The translations under genes and the position numbers were made by a program. The notes under the pieces were generated by a model. That model searched no databases and was not told the origin of the DNA. It saw only the letters and a list, made by a program, of their open reading frames with translations. DNA of 63,496 bases, counting the filler, from Octopus bimaculoides (lineage: Eukaryota): assembly GCF_001194135.2 (NCBI RefSeq). It is 7 parts of 6 records of this genome, joined end to end, with 100 filler letters (N's around TTAATTAATTAA, not from the genome) between each part and the next. Parts side by side here need not be neighbours in the genome. Positions count along the whole stretch, not along the records: positions 1 to 14,816 come from NC_068984.1; 6 more parts are not named here. The stretch is one strand, 5' to 3'. This document shows positions 1 through 13,248 of this stretch, one piece after another. Within the stretch, counting starts at the first letter, position 1. Each line of letters starts with the position of its first letter.

Positions 1-38
<38 letters not shown>

Positions 39-506
39 GTCATGGTGTGGCAGCGAAATACAAATCTATTGAATATGTTCTTAATCGGCAATCTATTGCG
101 ATAGTACTGAAATCAATATTCTGATACACCGATATCAAGCTGTTAAAATAACTGAAATTAAAATCTGTGAGAAAAAAAAAATAGAGAAGAGAAGATAACG
201 GAAATTTTTCTCTCCGTTTAAAAGACATTGATTCCCAACAGTGAGTTTGAGTTTAACAATGCAATACGTCTTTCATATGTATGTGTGCGTGAGTTTGTGT
301 GTGTTTGTGTGTGGGTATATGTGTATGGCGGGTAGGTGTGTCTTATTTCTAAATGGGTTGCAAATAAATTTGTAGTAGATAATAGACACATAATTATTCA
401 ATAACCAAGGACAATCTGACTCCGCATTTGTCTACAAGAACATCGGCGATTCTTACTAAATACATAATTTGTGGAATTGAAAAAAATTAATTTAAAATAT
501 TCTTTT

Positions 507-620
<114 letters not shown>

Positions 621-654
621 GAAGAAGTATGTTTTGGCTTTGTTTTCGTAAAAT

Positions 655-811
655 GCAGTTGCAGCCGGAGTTTCATTCAGATACACCGAGGTCGACTTTG
701 CCTTTCATCCTTTCGAAGTCGGTAACTTAAGTACCAGTTGCGTACTGGAGTCGATCTAATTGACTGGCCCCATCCCCGAAAATTTCAGACCTTGTGCCTA
801 TAGTAGAAAGG

Positions 812-880
<69 letters not shown>
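655..880 (+). mobile_element. SINE family A (5'-eroded) with long (ATT)n tail
   Basis: gaggtcgactttgcctttcatcc...aagtaccagt...ccttgtgcctatagtagaaaggattatt, shared with about 11 other copies or fragments in the window. Confidence 0.85.
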
Positions 881-881
<1 letters not shown>

Positions 882-1704
882 TTGCTGCGGAACACATCGG
901 ACATGTTTTCGAACGCTCCAAGTCAGTCCAGTTCAAAATATTTATTTACACCAAGATTGGTGTCCTTTGTCAATTATTATCTGATTCCATGTTGTGAATA
1001 GAAATACCAGGAACCTATTACTGGCTTTTTATGGTTGTGTAGCCCCCATAAGAGGCTTAGAGAAGGAGTAACAGATTATGCCAGAAGAACTGTTCAGGGA
1101 TAGAACTAGAACTCTTAATTCAAACGGATCACCAGAAATTTGAATCCTTTCTTGACCTGCTAAACAGTATTTTTCTTATTGTAATGATAGTGAGTAAAGA
1201 ATCAGGGTACCATATATGTGGCACTTCTAACCATCTAAGGGCTTTCTACCAACAACAAGGGGACGAAAGACAGCACAAACAAATTGAAAGAAAAGCATCG
1301 GAGGGGCGATGCATACCCTGCGTGCACACAAGAAAAAAAAATGAATTTTAATTCAATAAATATATTCTCAGATGAATTCATATTTCAACAAAACGACATC
1401 AAGAGTTATTTCCCCTACTTATCGTTTATGCATATGTAACAAAGGAAAAAGAAGCATTTTGATTCACCTATCCGCCAGTTTTGAAGATAACCAAACTAGG
1501 ATTTAATGAGTTCGAGCCACTCACCCAATGAGTATTTCTGCCAAATTTGGTGAAAATCCATTCTGCGGTTTTCCAGTAATTTTGCAAAAATACAAACTAA
1601 GACGAACGACTACGAGTGACACGTGCAGCTCAGTAACACCAGTAAGAATACCAACTGCAATATTAGTTTCATATTTTTGCACCAGGCCAGCAACTTCTAG
1701 GGAG

Positions 1705-1945
1705 AGACTAAGTCTATTAAATTGACTCCAGTGCTCAACTGGTACTTATTTTATCGACCCCGAAAGAATAAAACGCAAAGTCGACCTCGGTGGACGAAAT
1801 GCCTCTATATATTTTTCCCGGGGTGAGAAGAATTTCGCCAGCTCACCGCTTTAGCATCAACTATAATACTGATTTCAAATTTTGGCACAAGGCCAGCAAT
1901 TTCGGGGTAGGGGTAAGTCGATTACATCGACCTCGAAAGGCTGGA
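1705..1945 (-). mobile_element. Two SINE family A fragments
   Basis: Reverse complement of the family A body (ctggtacttattttatcgaccccgaaag...aaagtcgacctcgg; ggcacaaggcc...gtcgattacatcgacc). Confidence 0.7.
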
Positions 1946-2589
1946 GCACCAATTGTAATATTAAAATATTAAAAACAGCAACAACAATCGCAACATAAGT
2001 AGTAACAACAGAGAAAGCAACCACATCTACAACTCCAGCATGAACAACTGCAATAACATCAAGAGGGACCCTTGTGAAAACAAATACAAAATGTCTGTCA
2101 CATCACTAAAACCTCACGAGAGATATCGGAATGTTCTGACTCTGATAACTCGCCGTTAGATGAAATAGAAGAATATAGAAAACTTAGAAAACCTGTGAGA
2201 TTGAAAGCCAGGGAAAATGAAAAGGCAGCAGTCCTATTTTTAATCAGCCATATTACTGCATCATCACTACCACCACAGCAGCTGCAACCACAACAAATCG
2301 ACGAATCCCGCGACCATATAACTAACAACATCAGGAAAATACACAAACACAATAATCACAAAAGAAAACGAGAAAAAAGAACAGCAAACAAAAATCAAAT
2401 ACAAAAACCATCCAACACCAACAATTCCCCTGTTGTATTTATATACTGTTCTTTCTTTTATTCTTTTATTCTTTTACTTTTTCAATCATTAGATTGCGGT
2501 CATGCTTGGGAATTGCTTTGAAGAATTTTTTGTCGAATGAATCGTCTCCGATACTTTGAAAAAATTTGCTTTTAAAGTATGGCGCTTAT

Positions 2590-2699
2590 TCTATTGGCTT
2601 CTTTTGCCGAACTGCTAACTTACGGGGGACGTAAACATACCAACACCGACTGTCAAGCGGTGGTGGGGGACAAACACAGATACACAGACACACACACAA

Positions 2700-2730
<31 letters not shown>
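2590..2730 (-). mobile_element. SINE family B 3'-half fragment with (CA)/(GT) repeat
   Basis: ttttgccgaac.gctaa.ttacggg.gacgtaaaca matches the copies at 44.3 kb and 49.5 kb. Confidence 0.7.
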
Positions 2731-2734
<4 letters not shown>

Positions 2735-3076
2735 CGTAAGATCCAAGGATCAAGCTGTAGGAAGTTAGTAAGCTTTGAGCAGTCTGTAGAAGGTATAATA
2801 AACAACTTTCAGAAATAATAGTGATTTATTAACGTAGTGGGTTGTAAACTTTTGCTATATCAAAATTCGATAAGATGAAAAAAGTTATTTTATAGTTCAC
2901 GGTTAGCAGCTGGGGTTGCTGTGTATGCGAATAAAAATCCAGAATTAGGGAATGAAGATAATATCCAGGTTACATATGTTTCGTCGGCCCAAAGATACCT
3001 TAATTAAATTTCGATCAAATCTGCGAGTTTACATGGGATCCCTTCACGTCAATGTAAACTCTATTTGATGAAGGTA

Positions 3077-3170
3077 TCCTTGGCCCGATGAGTAGCTAGT
3101 GGATTACCCCTTTTTTGAGCAATTTCTACGTCCGAGTTTCTGCTAGGTTTGAAACATATGTTGCGTGGAT
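3077..3170 (+). ncRNA. Degenerate hammerhead-like motif H1 (CCGAUGA core)
   Basis: CCGATGA 3085-3091; GAAA 3151-3154; palindromic ACATATGT stem III; GUU triplet. Stem II is poorly formed and stem I is interrupted (ATCC/GGAT, GC/GC). Confidence 0.4.
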
Positions 3171-3489
3171 TTTATCTACTCCATTACCTGATTTTGGATA
3201 TATATATATATATANNNNNNNNNNNNNNNNNNNNNNNNNNNNNNNNNNNNNNNNNNNNNNNNNNNNNNNNNNNNNNNNNNNNNNNNNNNNNNNNNNNNNN
3301 NNNNNNNNNNNNNNNNNNNNNNNNNNNNNNNNNNNNNNNNNNNNNNNNNNNNNNNNNNNNNNNNNNNNNNNNNNNNNNNNNNNNNNNNNNNNNNGTGAAT
3401 TACATAAAAGACAAAAAGAATAAATAGTGAAATCACAATAAAAGTTCTGGAAAGCACTTGATTGGTTACTCCAAGTGGATTATTTATTG

Positions 3490-4860
3490 AAAAAAATGAA
3501 CCAACATGCGATAAACCACCTGTAGTTTTTCTGAAAGATTACAATCTTTTTCGAAGAGTGTTTAAGAAACCCATATGCGCTGTGGGTAGCCGTCCTTAAT
3601 TCCCTTTTTCCTAACAGCGTTGCCATTCTAAGGATTTGTAGTACTGCTGAAGAAGGGGCGAGCAATGAGAATGTAATTGATAATGGTTGGTTCATAAGTG
3701 AGCTGAATACAAAATTCAAGATCGTGGCCAAGATGTTAGCAGGCAGCTTTGCACTCGTCAACAGTGTGATCGGGAAAGTGATCGGAAAAGCGCCGATGCG
3801 CGCAATCCCGACGAGATCTATTCACAATAACCTCCATTTCACGTGATACATTATAGAAGGGTAAGTAGTAAACCTGGATTTGATACGGCCCCAATCAACC
3901 AGGATCTCTCGAAAGTTTTTTATAAGGTCAACTATCGTTACGTTACAGCTGTCCTCAAAACAGTCGGTTTCGGTCCCGTTTTCAGAGACTTGGTCGCTGA
4001 AATGCACAGCATCAATTGTTTGATGATTACAGTAAATAGTCATCTATCGGAACAGTTTCAGCGCATGCTTTCTCTGTGCCAAGAGTATTCTCTTTTATTG
4101 CTTGTATTGGTCACTACTGCAGAACTTGGTGTGTTTGAGAAGTATCTCGTTGAAACTAGGACTCTAAAGGGTTGTGTCGATACATGCAGACATCACTGCA
4201 GTGGCATCGGACACCACAGGAATCGAGTCTGTTGTCACTCTTTTAAAGGAACACGAGACGTTGACAGGGGTAAAAGTTATTTCTTTGTGCTTGCAACTCG
4301 GCTCTTGGAGGGACAAGTCCACATTATCGGACAGCATCATGCGACGGTGGACTTAGAATCATAATAAGCTGTTTAAGGGTCTGGTTCAATCAGAACTCAC
4401 AAGTAGAAAGGAAATGGGACGGGGTCACGAGAGCAGAGTGGTCAGTCTTACCCTGAAGTGGTCAGCAGAGTTGAAGAATGCATACATATCGTCTCAGTTA
4501 CATATCATCACCTGACCATCGTAACTTGTCCTAGTTATCATTAGACCATGCTAGAACATCTTTTATTTCTTGTGAAAGCGTCCCATTCCACTGGTCAGAT
4601 AGTCCATCTGCTGCTAACACGTTTTGCATAAAGGCCTCGCTATGCCGTGATGCTCGTCTGCAATCATGCGTTGAGGCTGTATCTACAAAGAAAAATACAA
4701 AATGTGAGATTGTCAGGTGCTGACATTCCTCTACCAGTCGGGTAATATGCTGTATTTCAATAGTATTTGAACGTTGATGTTTTGCAGAGGACAAGTGTGG
4801 GTAAGAGCGTCAACATTGTCGAGCAAAATCCAAGTGCCCAATAAGAATCAGATGGCTGGT
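3490..4860 (+). mobile_element. L1/Tx1-clade LINE reverse transcriptase relic (frameshifted)
   Basis: Motifs LNTKFKIVAKML, IPTRSIHNNLH, QDLSKVFYKVNYRYVTAVLKTVGFGPVF, SIHADITAV (YADD equivalent) and LGSWRDK occur in L1/Tx1 RT order. Confidence 0.85.
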
Positions 4861-5459
4861 CCGTTCTGGTTAAATGTCAACTCATGGGATTATAGACCAG
4901 TGTAATTTTCACTTTTTATTACTGATTTTTCACCAGACCACAAGGTCTGGTATTTAAGAAGATTGGAAATATAATTAACCAATAAAGTTAAGTATATTTC
5001 CAAGGCAAATTAAGCAATACTCAGTGGAGGCAAACAGAGGAATAAGTATAATATGAAGCTGAGGAATTTATGTAGCACCAAATGGAATTAAATAGTGTAG
5101 AAGCCAGTGGGAGAAGTAGTGCACAATCGGTAGAGGAAAATCATATGATACATAGTCTTATATCAAGTAGAGAAAATAGTGTACCAGTAATTTGAAGAAA
5201 TTATGGAGCAATAACAGTGAAGGGATGTAGTGTAAAACTAGTGTCTGAATACAACAATCAATTCTTGGGACAAGAAATCATCACTTTAAACATTTGTCTG
5301 ACAAAGTTTTGTTTTTAGTAAGAAATTTCTTCTGCGTTTTACTGTTCTCAGAAGTATTAAGACGGTCGTCACACTTACTAAAAATGTAGAATAATACGAG
5401 GAGAATAATTTGAAGAAAATGCGTGTGTGCATGACAATATGAGGCTGTGTGAATGTGTG

Positions 5460-5491
<32 letters not shown>

Positions 5492-5768
5492 CACGTGCGT
5501 GCGTGCGGGCTTCTATGTATATGTATGTGCATGTATATATTTACGTACATATCTTCCCTTATGAGTTATTCAAGTTCTCGGCAGAATTCAAACCGGTTAC
5601 TAAGTGACAAAGCTTGTTTTGATTCAGTGAAGACAGTTCCAGAGATTTATGAATGTGTGTAGTAGTCTATGCATATACATAGATACTAACACACATACAT
5701 GCATATATTCATACATATGTACGTAAGTACAATCCGACAGACGGACAGACAGACAGATAGAAAGATAA

Positions 5769-5819
<51 letters not shown>

Positions 5820-6722
5820 TATAGATAGAAAGATAGACATTGATATACACTGTGTTGATGTACTGCACTCTTAATGTGTTTATATATATAAATGTATGTG
5901 TGCATGCTACGATGAATATGTCCTCCTATGTTTGTGCGTAAATATATATATNNNNNNNNNNNNNNNNNNNNNNNNNNNNNNNNNNNNNNNNNNNNNNNNN
6001 NNNNNNNNNNNNNNNNNNNNNNNNNNNNNNNNNNNNNNNNNNNNNNNNNNNNNNNNNNNNNNNNNNNNNNNNNNNNNNNNNNNNNNNNNNNNNNNNNNNN
6101 NNNNNNNNNNNNNNNNNNNNNNNNNNNNNNNNNNNNNNNNNNNNNNNNNNNNNNNNNNNNNNNNNNNNNNNNNNNNNNNNNNNNNNNNNNNNNNNNNNNN
6201 NNNNNNNNNNNNNNNNNNNNNNNNNNNNNNNNNNNNNNNNNNNNNNNNNNNNNNNNNNNNNNNNNNNNNNNNNNNNNNNNNNNNNNNNNNNNNNNNNNNN
6301 NNNNNNNNNNNNNNNNNNNNNNNNNNNNNNNNNNNNNNNNNNNNNNNNNNNNNNNNNNNNNNNNNNNNNNNNNNNNNNNNNNNNNNNNNNNNNNNNNNNN
6401 NNNNNNNNNNNNNNNNNNNNNNNNNNNNNNNNNNNNNNNNNNNNNNNNNNNNNNNNNNNNNNNNNNNNNNNNNNNNNNNNNNNNNNNNNNNNNNNNNNNN
6501 NNNNNNNNNNNNNNNNNNNNNNNNNNNNNNNNNNNNNNNNNNNNNNNNNNNNNNNNNNNNNNNNNNNNNNNNNNNNNNNNNNNNNNNNNNNNNNNNNNNN
6601 NNNNNNNNNNNNNNNNNNNNNNNNNNNNNNNNNNNNNNNNNNNNNNNNNNNNNNNNNNNNNNNNNNNNNNNTGTAACCGCCAAATCTTTTAAAATTCTTT
6701 CTCTGATAATTTTCTTATATTC

Positions 6723-6758
6723 CTTTCTGTTGAAGAGCGTAGGCTCGAAACGTAAAAG
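6723..6758 (+). ncRNA. Minimal type-I hammerhead H2 with CUGUUGA (A6U) core, in a short repeat (6672-6810)
   Basis: CTTT | CTGTTGA A | GAGC-GTAG-GCTC | GAAA | CG T A | AAAG: 4-bp stem I, 4-bp stem II, palindromic ACGT stem III, GUA site. A second family copy lies at 54193-54227. Confidence 0.7.
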
Positions 6759-7439
6759 ACTTTGTCACCTTCCCGAGCGTTAAACTAATACACCTGTTTG
6801 TTGTTTATACAATTAAACAGAAAGAAAGAAAGAAAGAAAGACAGGTGGCTGAATATGTGTAACGAACGTGCACAAAATAAAATTACGTATATATGTGTAT
6901 ATAAAAGTGTGTATTAGCATAAATACACATATAAGATCACATATATAAATATATGGAAATATGCACGTAAATACACAACCACACAAATATAAGTGGAAAC
7001 ATGCATACATATACATCCATGTCTGTGCACAAGTATACAGATACACGCTTACAACAATGCATACATCTACATAAAAACATATTTAGGTCCTGACGTATAT
7101 ATATATATATATATATATACAAACAACATTTTTTAAAAAATTGCTGTGTGCATGATAATAAAATTCAGATAAAAGACATGCAAAATAGAACCTATATCGA
7201 ATTATCTATAAATTAAACGATTAAAATGGGTTTATAAAATACAATAAAACGAAACAAAATAAAATAAAAGTAGAATCTTAAACAAGAAAATATATATGCA
7301 TATAACAGTCGAATATTTTTCTTAAGAAATATGTCGAAATATATACAATATCTTTGCGATGCGAAATAAAATCCAACAGTTTGGTTAAAAACTAGTCCAA
7401 GAATCAAAAAATTATATATACTATTCATACGGTATATTG

Positions 7440-7930
7440 TTAGCCGACATTTTAAATTTAGTTGCGTGTTTGCCGGAATTCAAGACTTCGGGTCTTTGAT
7501 TTAAAGAGTTATTATCCTGGAATAAAATATAATATTTTTCCAGCAGGCATAAATCACATTTGATGGGTCTTTTATGCGTACCGTGCCTTTAAGGTGAAGC
7601 TCTATCTAAAATTCTTCATGTCACGTTCAAAGGTCGGGCTTCGTTTTCTTTTAATTCCGAGACATATTTTGCCAGGCTGGTGTTCGTCCTAATTTTGGTG
7701 TATCTGAAGGAATTCCTATGAGAATAAAATCGGGTTTTGAAAGAATTCTCAGAAGCCCCTATATAAGTTCTATATTCATGTGAGCCTTTTATCTGTACCT
7801 TGGCTCTATACACGATTCCTTTCTCCAGACATTTTCCTTCCAACAGACAGGAGGTCCAATCTTTGCAATTTCAATTTTTAAGAAGAGAATCGGCACTATG
7901 ATTATTTGCAATTATCTTATAATCATAGTG
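7440..7930 (-). mobile_element. Penelope-like element C-terminus (GIY-YIG endonuclease)
   Basis: GKCLEKGIVYRAKV..TYIGASENSFKTRFYSHRNSF..TSLAKYVSELK, then CDLCLLEKYYIL..SLNQRPE: the PLE GIY-YIG and CCHH-type tail. Confidence 0.9.
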
Positions 7931-8478
7931 CTTTCCTTTTCTTTTGCTTTCCCCCTCCCTATCTTTTAAAATTTACTTCTCATCTAGCTTGTCTGTTATA
8001 ACTTCTATATGTATTCACCAAGTGATTTTTGCATGCGAGCATGATTGCGTACATATGTATACATGTGTATATGTGCATTTGTGTGTATATTTACGTCTTA
8101 CATATATATGTCAGTATATGTATGTAGTCTGTATGCATCCATCTGTGTATTTTGATGTATATATGTATATTGATGGTTTAGTATGCGTATATACTGTTGT
8201 AAGATATATATGTAATGCAGCGTGAAAATTTTAACTTCAATTTTAATGTACTAATTGAATTCTATTTCGTATATAATTATTTACAATATGTATTTTGAAT
8301 CCGCTCTTCGATTTAAGGTTTCCTCGATTTTTATAATAGGATGAATTCATATTGATTTCATTTATTTTGTTTATTTTGTTCATTGCATGCTTAAGACCAA
8401 TGTGATAAATCCATTTTTAAAGGTATATCCTTTAACTAGTTTTGATCATATGGTTATTTCTGTTCCATTTTAACAAAA

Positions 8479-8516
8479 CTGTCCAACGAACGGTATCGTG
8501 AAACTCTGAGTAACAG
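8479..8516 (+). ncRNA. Decayed minimal hammerhead H3 (CCAACGA core) at the start of a pLTR-like repeat (to ~8625)
   Basis: CTGT | CCAACGA | ACG-GTAT-CGT | GAAA | CTCTGAG T A | ACAG: stems I, II and III all pair, with a GUA site. Confidence 0.6.
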
Positions 8517-8634
8517 CTTTTGTTATATTTCTACTGCTTTTAAATAAAGCATATTATTCTACCTCTGGTATTTGAGTACTCTTTTTTCCATCTTGTTTCA
8601 TATTTATGTGCTTACTCCGGTATACACACGCACG

Positions 8635-8677
<43 letters not shown>

Positions 8678-10165
8678 TGCACAGTTTACTTTGAAAAATT
8701 ATATATGTATATATATATATATATAAATATATATATATATAGATATATATATATACATATGTATNNNNNNNNNNNNNNNNNNNNNNNNNNNNNNNNNNNN
8801 NNNNNNNNNNNNNNNNNNNNNNNNNNNNNNNNNNNNNNNNNNNNNNNNNNNNNNNNNNNNNNNNNNNNNNNNNNNNNNNNNNNNNNNNNNNNNNNNNNNN
8901 NNNNNNNNNNNNNNNNNNNNNNNNNNNNNNNNNNNNNNNNNNNNNNNNNNNNNNNNNNNNNNNNNNNNNNNNNNNNNNNNNNNNNNNNNNNNNNNNNNNN
9001 NNNNNNNNNNNNNNNNNNNNNNNNNNNNNNNNNNNNNNNNNNNNNNNNNNNNNNNNNNNNNNNNNNNNNNNNNNNNNNNNNNNNNNNNNNNNNNNNNNNN
9101 NNNNNNNNNNNNNNNNNNNNNNNNNNNNNNNNNNNNNNNNNNNNNNNNNNNNNNNNNNNNNNNNNNNNNNNNNNNNNNNNNNNNNNNNNNNNNNNNNNNN
9201 NNNNNNNNNNNNNNNNNNNNNNNNNNNNNNNNNNNNNNNNNNNNNNNNNNNNNNNNNNNNNNNNNNNNNNNNNNNNNNNNNNNNNNNNNNNNNNNNNNNN
9301 NNNNNNNNNNNNNNNNNNNNNNNNNNNNNNNNNNNNNNNNNNNNNNNNNNNNNNNNNNNNNNNNNNNNNNNNNNNNNNNNNNNNNNNNNNNNNNNNNNNN
9401 NNNNNNNNNNNNNNNNNNNNNNNNNNNNNNNNNNNNNNNNNNNNNNNNNNNNNNNNNNNNNNNNNNNNNNNNNNNNNNNNNNNNNNNNNNNNNNNNNNNN
9501 NNNNNNNNNNNNNNNNNNNNNNNNNNNNNNNNNNNNNNNNNNNNNNNNNNNNNNNNNNNNNNNNNACACAGACGCACACATACACACACGAACAAATACA
9601 TACGCACAAACACTTACACACATGCGCACACACTGCACCCTGACAAATACAAATCACACACATACACACAAAAGTGTACACACATACACGCACCATCCTG
9701 ATAAATATAAAACACACACATACACAGACCCATACACACAACACACTGAAATCTAAGACCAATAAAAAAACACCCACACAAACACAAGCACATATATATA
9801 TACACACACACACACAGAAAAGTGCACAGAGACACACACACATACCATTTTGAACTCTAAAACCAGTCCCGAAAACCAGTGAACCATGACAGACTAACCC
9901 AGAAACAAAAAAAAATCCTTTTGATTTCACAATGCTCTCCCCCACCGACCAACCTCCCACACTATTAGCAAACATTTCTTATACACACACTACAAGACAG
10001 GAGATGATGGATGGAAAGGTTGGTCATTCCCCTAAAATTCTGTATAAATACTTAAATATGATTCCTTCTGTATATATGCTTCTATACAACCATGATTCTT
10101 GATGAACTTAAAATAATTATAAATTTATTTTATTACCTATTTTGAACACTTTCATGTAAACTGTT

Positions 10166-10198
<33 letters not shown>

Positions 10199-10324
10199 AT
10201 ATATATATAAGTCAGTAAATGGTGGGGTTGTGTTAACCGCACGTGGAGAAATAATAGGAAAATAAAAAATAAGTAGTGATGGGGTACAAATAAAAACATA
10301 CTTACACATAGATATATACATATA

Positions 10325-10465
10325 TTCGACGGGATTCTTTCTGTTTCCATCTACCAAATCCATTCACAAGTCTGAACTAATGTAGAAGAGACTTGCCCAC
10401 GCGGTGGGATTGAACCAAGAACCATGTGATTGAGAAACCAACTTCTTACCACGCAGCCATACCTC
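10325..10465 (-). mobile_element. SINE family B 5' half (diverged)
   Basis: tRNA-like head and cttgccca/accaaatcca.tcacaag body, as in 44199-44629. Confidence 0.75.
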
Positions 10466-10543
10466 ATATCTACGTATATTTGTGTATATATACATATAGA
10501 GATAGATAGATAAATAGATAGACATTATAAATATGATATATTA

Positions 10544-10612
<69 letters not shown>

Positions 10613-11739
10613 NNNNNNNNNNNNNNNNNNNNNNNNNNNNNNNNNNNNNNNNNNNNNNNNNNNNNNNNNNNNNNNNNNNNNNNNNNNNNNNNNNNNNNNN
10701 NNNNNNNNNNNNNNNNNNNNNNNNNNNNNNNNNNNNNNNNNNNNNNNNNNNNNNNNTGTGTGTGTATGTGTGTGTGTGTGTGTGCATATCTGATTCTAAA
10801 TTTTCATTCACCAGCATAAACGTGTAAATATATATATTTCGAATTCTACTTATCACTCTCTTTGTTTCTTTCTTTCTCCTTTTCTCTTACTTCTTCACTC
10901 CCTCCCTCTCTCCTCTTTCTCTTTCTCTCTCTCACACACACATACACACACATGCACACCACACACCCTCTTCCTCACGCACATATTGTACATTCAGCAC
11001 ATCACATCCATTTTGAGAGAATATCAATCATTTGTAGATTTTCTATTCAAAATCACAATGCGTCTTAGCAGAACAGAATAGTTTCATCTCAGACATGTTT
11101 TATTAAAAACAAAATAATAAATAAAGTAAAATAAAACATTAAATTGTTCTATATTGTTGTTGTTGTTGTTTTGTAACATTTCGTAATTAATTTTTTTTTC
11201 TTTTTGGCTTTTATTGTGAGATTGTATATTAATTTCTTATACAAGAAATTAAAGAAGGAATATGATATCTTTTTTCTTTTAACAGAATATTACAAAAATA
11301 CTGGAGGTTTAGTCGTATTGTAATACTTTCAGAAATAAACGAAAGAAAGGAGATAGATACAGCTCGAGAGTAAAGGGTGGAGGAGAAGAAATCAATAATA
11401 TAACGGTTATTTAAGACAGTAAGACTTTCTCTACTTAAATGTACTAAGCTTATATTTCAACATACAACATGAAGTCAATATATTACCAATGAAGGACAAT
11501 TAATAGAATATCAATATCATTATTTTTGGATAAAAATCTCAGTTGTGAAGGAAGAAATAAATAAAGAACGATTGAAAGAAAAAAGCAGAAATAAAATCTT
11601 AACGTATTTCTTTTCTATATTTCATTTTTGCTTCCAAAAATTTTTAAGAATGAAAAATAATCTTAACGAAAATGCTTATCTGAAGTAATCTAGAAATTGC
11701 ATATCAACGCTTCTGTTTTGTTAGAGCTTCCAAAAATTC

Positions 11740-12135
11740 CTTGCAGTATTTCTTCCGGCTCTATACATTCTGAGTTCATATGCCGCCAAGGTAGACTTTG
11801 CCTTTCATCCTTTAGAGCTCGATAAATTAAGTACCAGTTAAATACTGCGATCGATGTAATCGACTATCTCCTTCCCTCAAATTTCAGACCTTGCGCCTAT
11901 AGTAGAAAGGATTATCATTATTATTAAGGTGGCGAGCTGACAGAATCGTTAGCGCGCCGGGAAAAATGCTTAACGGTATATTACCGTCGCTACGTTCTGA
12001 GTTCAAATTCTGTCGAGGTCGACTTTGCCTTTCATCCTTTCGGGGTCGATAAATTAAGTAGCAGTGAAATACTGGGGTCGATGTATTCGACTTAACTCCT
12101 CCAAAATATCAGGCCTTGTGCCTATAGAAGAAAGG

Positions 12136-12160
<25 letters not shown>
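11740..12160 (+). mobile_element. Head-to-tail pair of SINE family A copies
   Basis: First copy ends gtagaaaggattatcattattatt; the second begins immediately with aaggtggcgagctgacagaatcgttagc (~11925) and ends in (ATT)n. Confidence 0.85.
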
Positions 12161-12168
<8 letters not shown>

Positions 12169-12189
12169 GTTGTTGTTGTTATTATTTTC

Positions 12190-13169
12190 ATTGGCATCTT
12201 CTTTCAATTCTGTTTTGATTTCTTGCCGAGTGTCTTCCTGACACCTAAGGTAGAAAAACGTATTGTATACATTGGTAGGCCATTAAAATAAACACACCAT
12301 ATTGTTCATTTACAAAGTCATGTGATAGAGAAAAAGCAGAAGAAAGACAGAGAGAAAATGGAAAATTAAAAAGTAAAAAAGTAAACAAAGAAAATAAAGG
12401 GAGTAAAAAGGAAACGAAATTCTCAGCGACTGTGCTCTTCTCAATACGTGTGACGTACTACTTAAGACAATCTATTGCACTTCCTGCATGGATGGTAAGC
12501 TAGGGATCATTCTTAAATAATTTTCAGTTCCTTTTTTGATCATTCCAAGTGCTCCTATAATCGCTGGTATTGTTACCGTCTTGAGATTTCGATGAGCAAA
12601 TCTTTATATTTTCTGAGCTTATCAAATTTTTCTGTCGAGATTTTATGGTGACAGGGTATGCTCATGTCAATCAATAAACAGACTTTTCCTTTGATGGTCT
12701 GGTCTGTACATACTGGGAAGTCCTAAAGATTAGTTACATTTTCTCCCTCAGTTACAGCCTCAGGGTGGTGCTTGTAGCATTTGTCAGCAGTTCTGATTTT
12801 ATAATGCCGTTACCTTATTAAGTGTAGATATTGGCCAACTCTGTCATGTCTTGATTTGTACTCTACAGGTGCTAAAACTTTACATCCAGAGATTAAGTGA
12901 CCTACTGTTTCAATCCCATCGCTGCAGTATCGGCATTTTGGGTCTACACTATTGTTCATCACATTGGCTTGATACTTCCGGGTCAATAAGCTCTGATCTT
13001 GGGCATCCAAGATAAAGCCTTCACTCTCTGCCTTTAACCCTGAGCTCTGTAGCCACTGATGGATGAGCTTCTGGTCTACATCAGCTTGTTTGCTACGGGC
13101 CACACTTGTCAGGCAGAGGTTTTTGTTCACAGCTATCAGCCAATTGTTCAAACGCATTTTGCTATTGAT

Positions 13170-13170
<1 letters not shown>
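12190..13170 (-). mobile_element. R4/Dong-like RLE non-LTR retrotransposon, 5'-truncated
   Basis: LKAESEGFILDAQDQSLLTRKY, CCHC knuckle CRYC...ETVGHLISGCKVLAPVEYKSRHDRV, RLE region LLIDMSIP...KYKDL, GALGMIKK, TSHVLRRA; 3' end runs into (AAT/AAC)n. Confidence 0.85.
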
Positions 13171-13200
<30 letters not shown>

Positions 13201-13205
13201 GCTGC

Positions 13206-13248
<43 letters not shown>

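Noticed and set aside
2100-2521. Low-complexity plus-strand ORF as LINE ORF1 remnant or host exon
   Set aside because: No diagnostic motif; cannot be supported.
3480-4043. Minus-strand ORFs 3480-3761 and 3822-4043, and 4531-4794
   Set aside because: They are antisense shadows of the plus-strand L1/Tx1 RT relic.
5896-6783. Long ORFs made mostly of X (also at 8.6, 21.2, 30.1, 34.7, 42.2 and 55.5 kb)
   Set aside because: They are open only because they cross N gaps.
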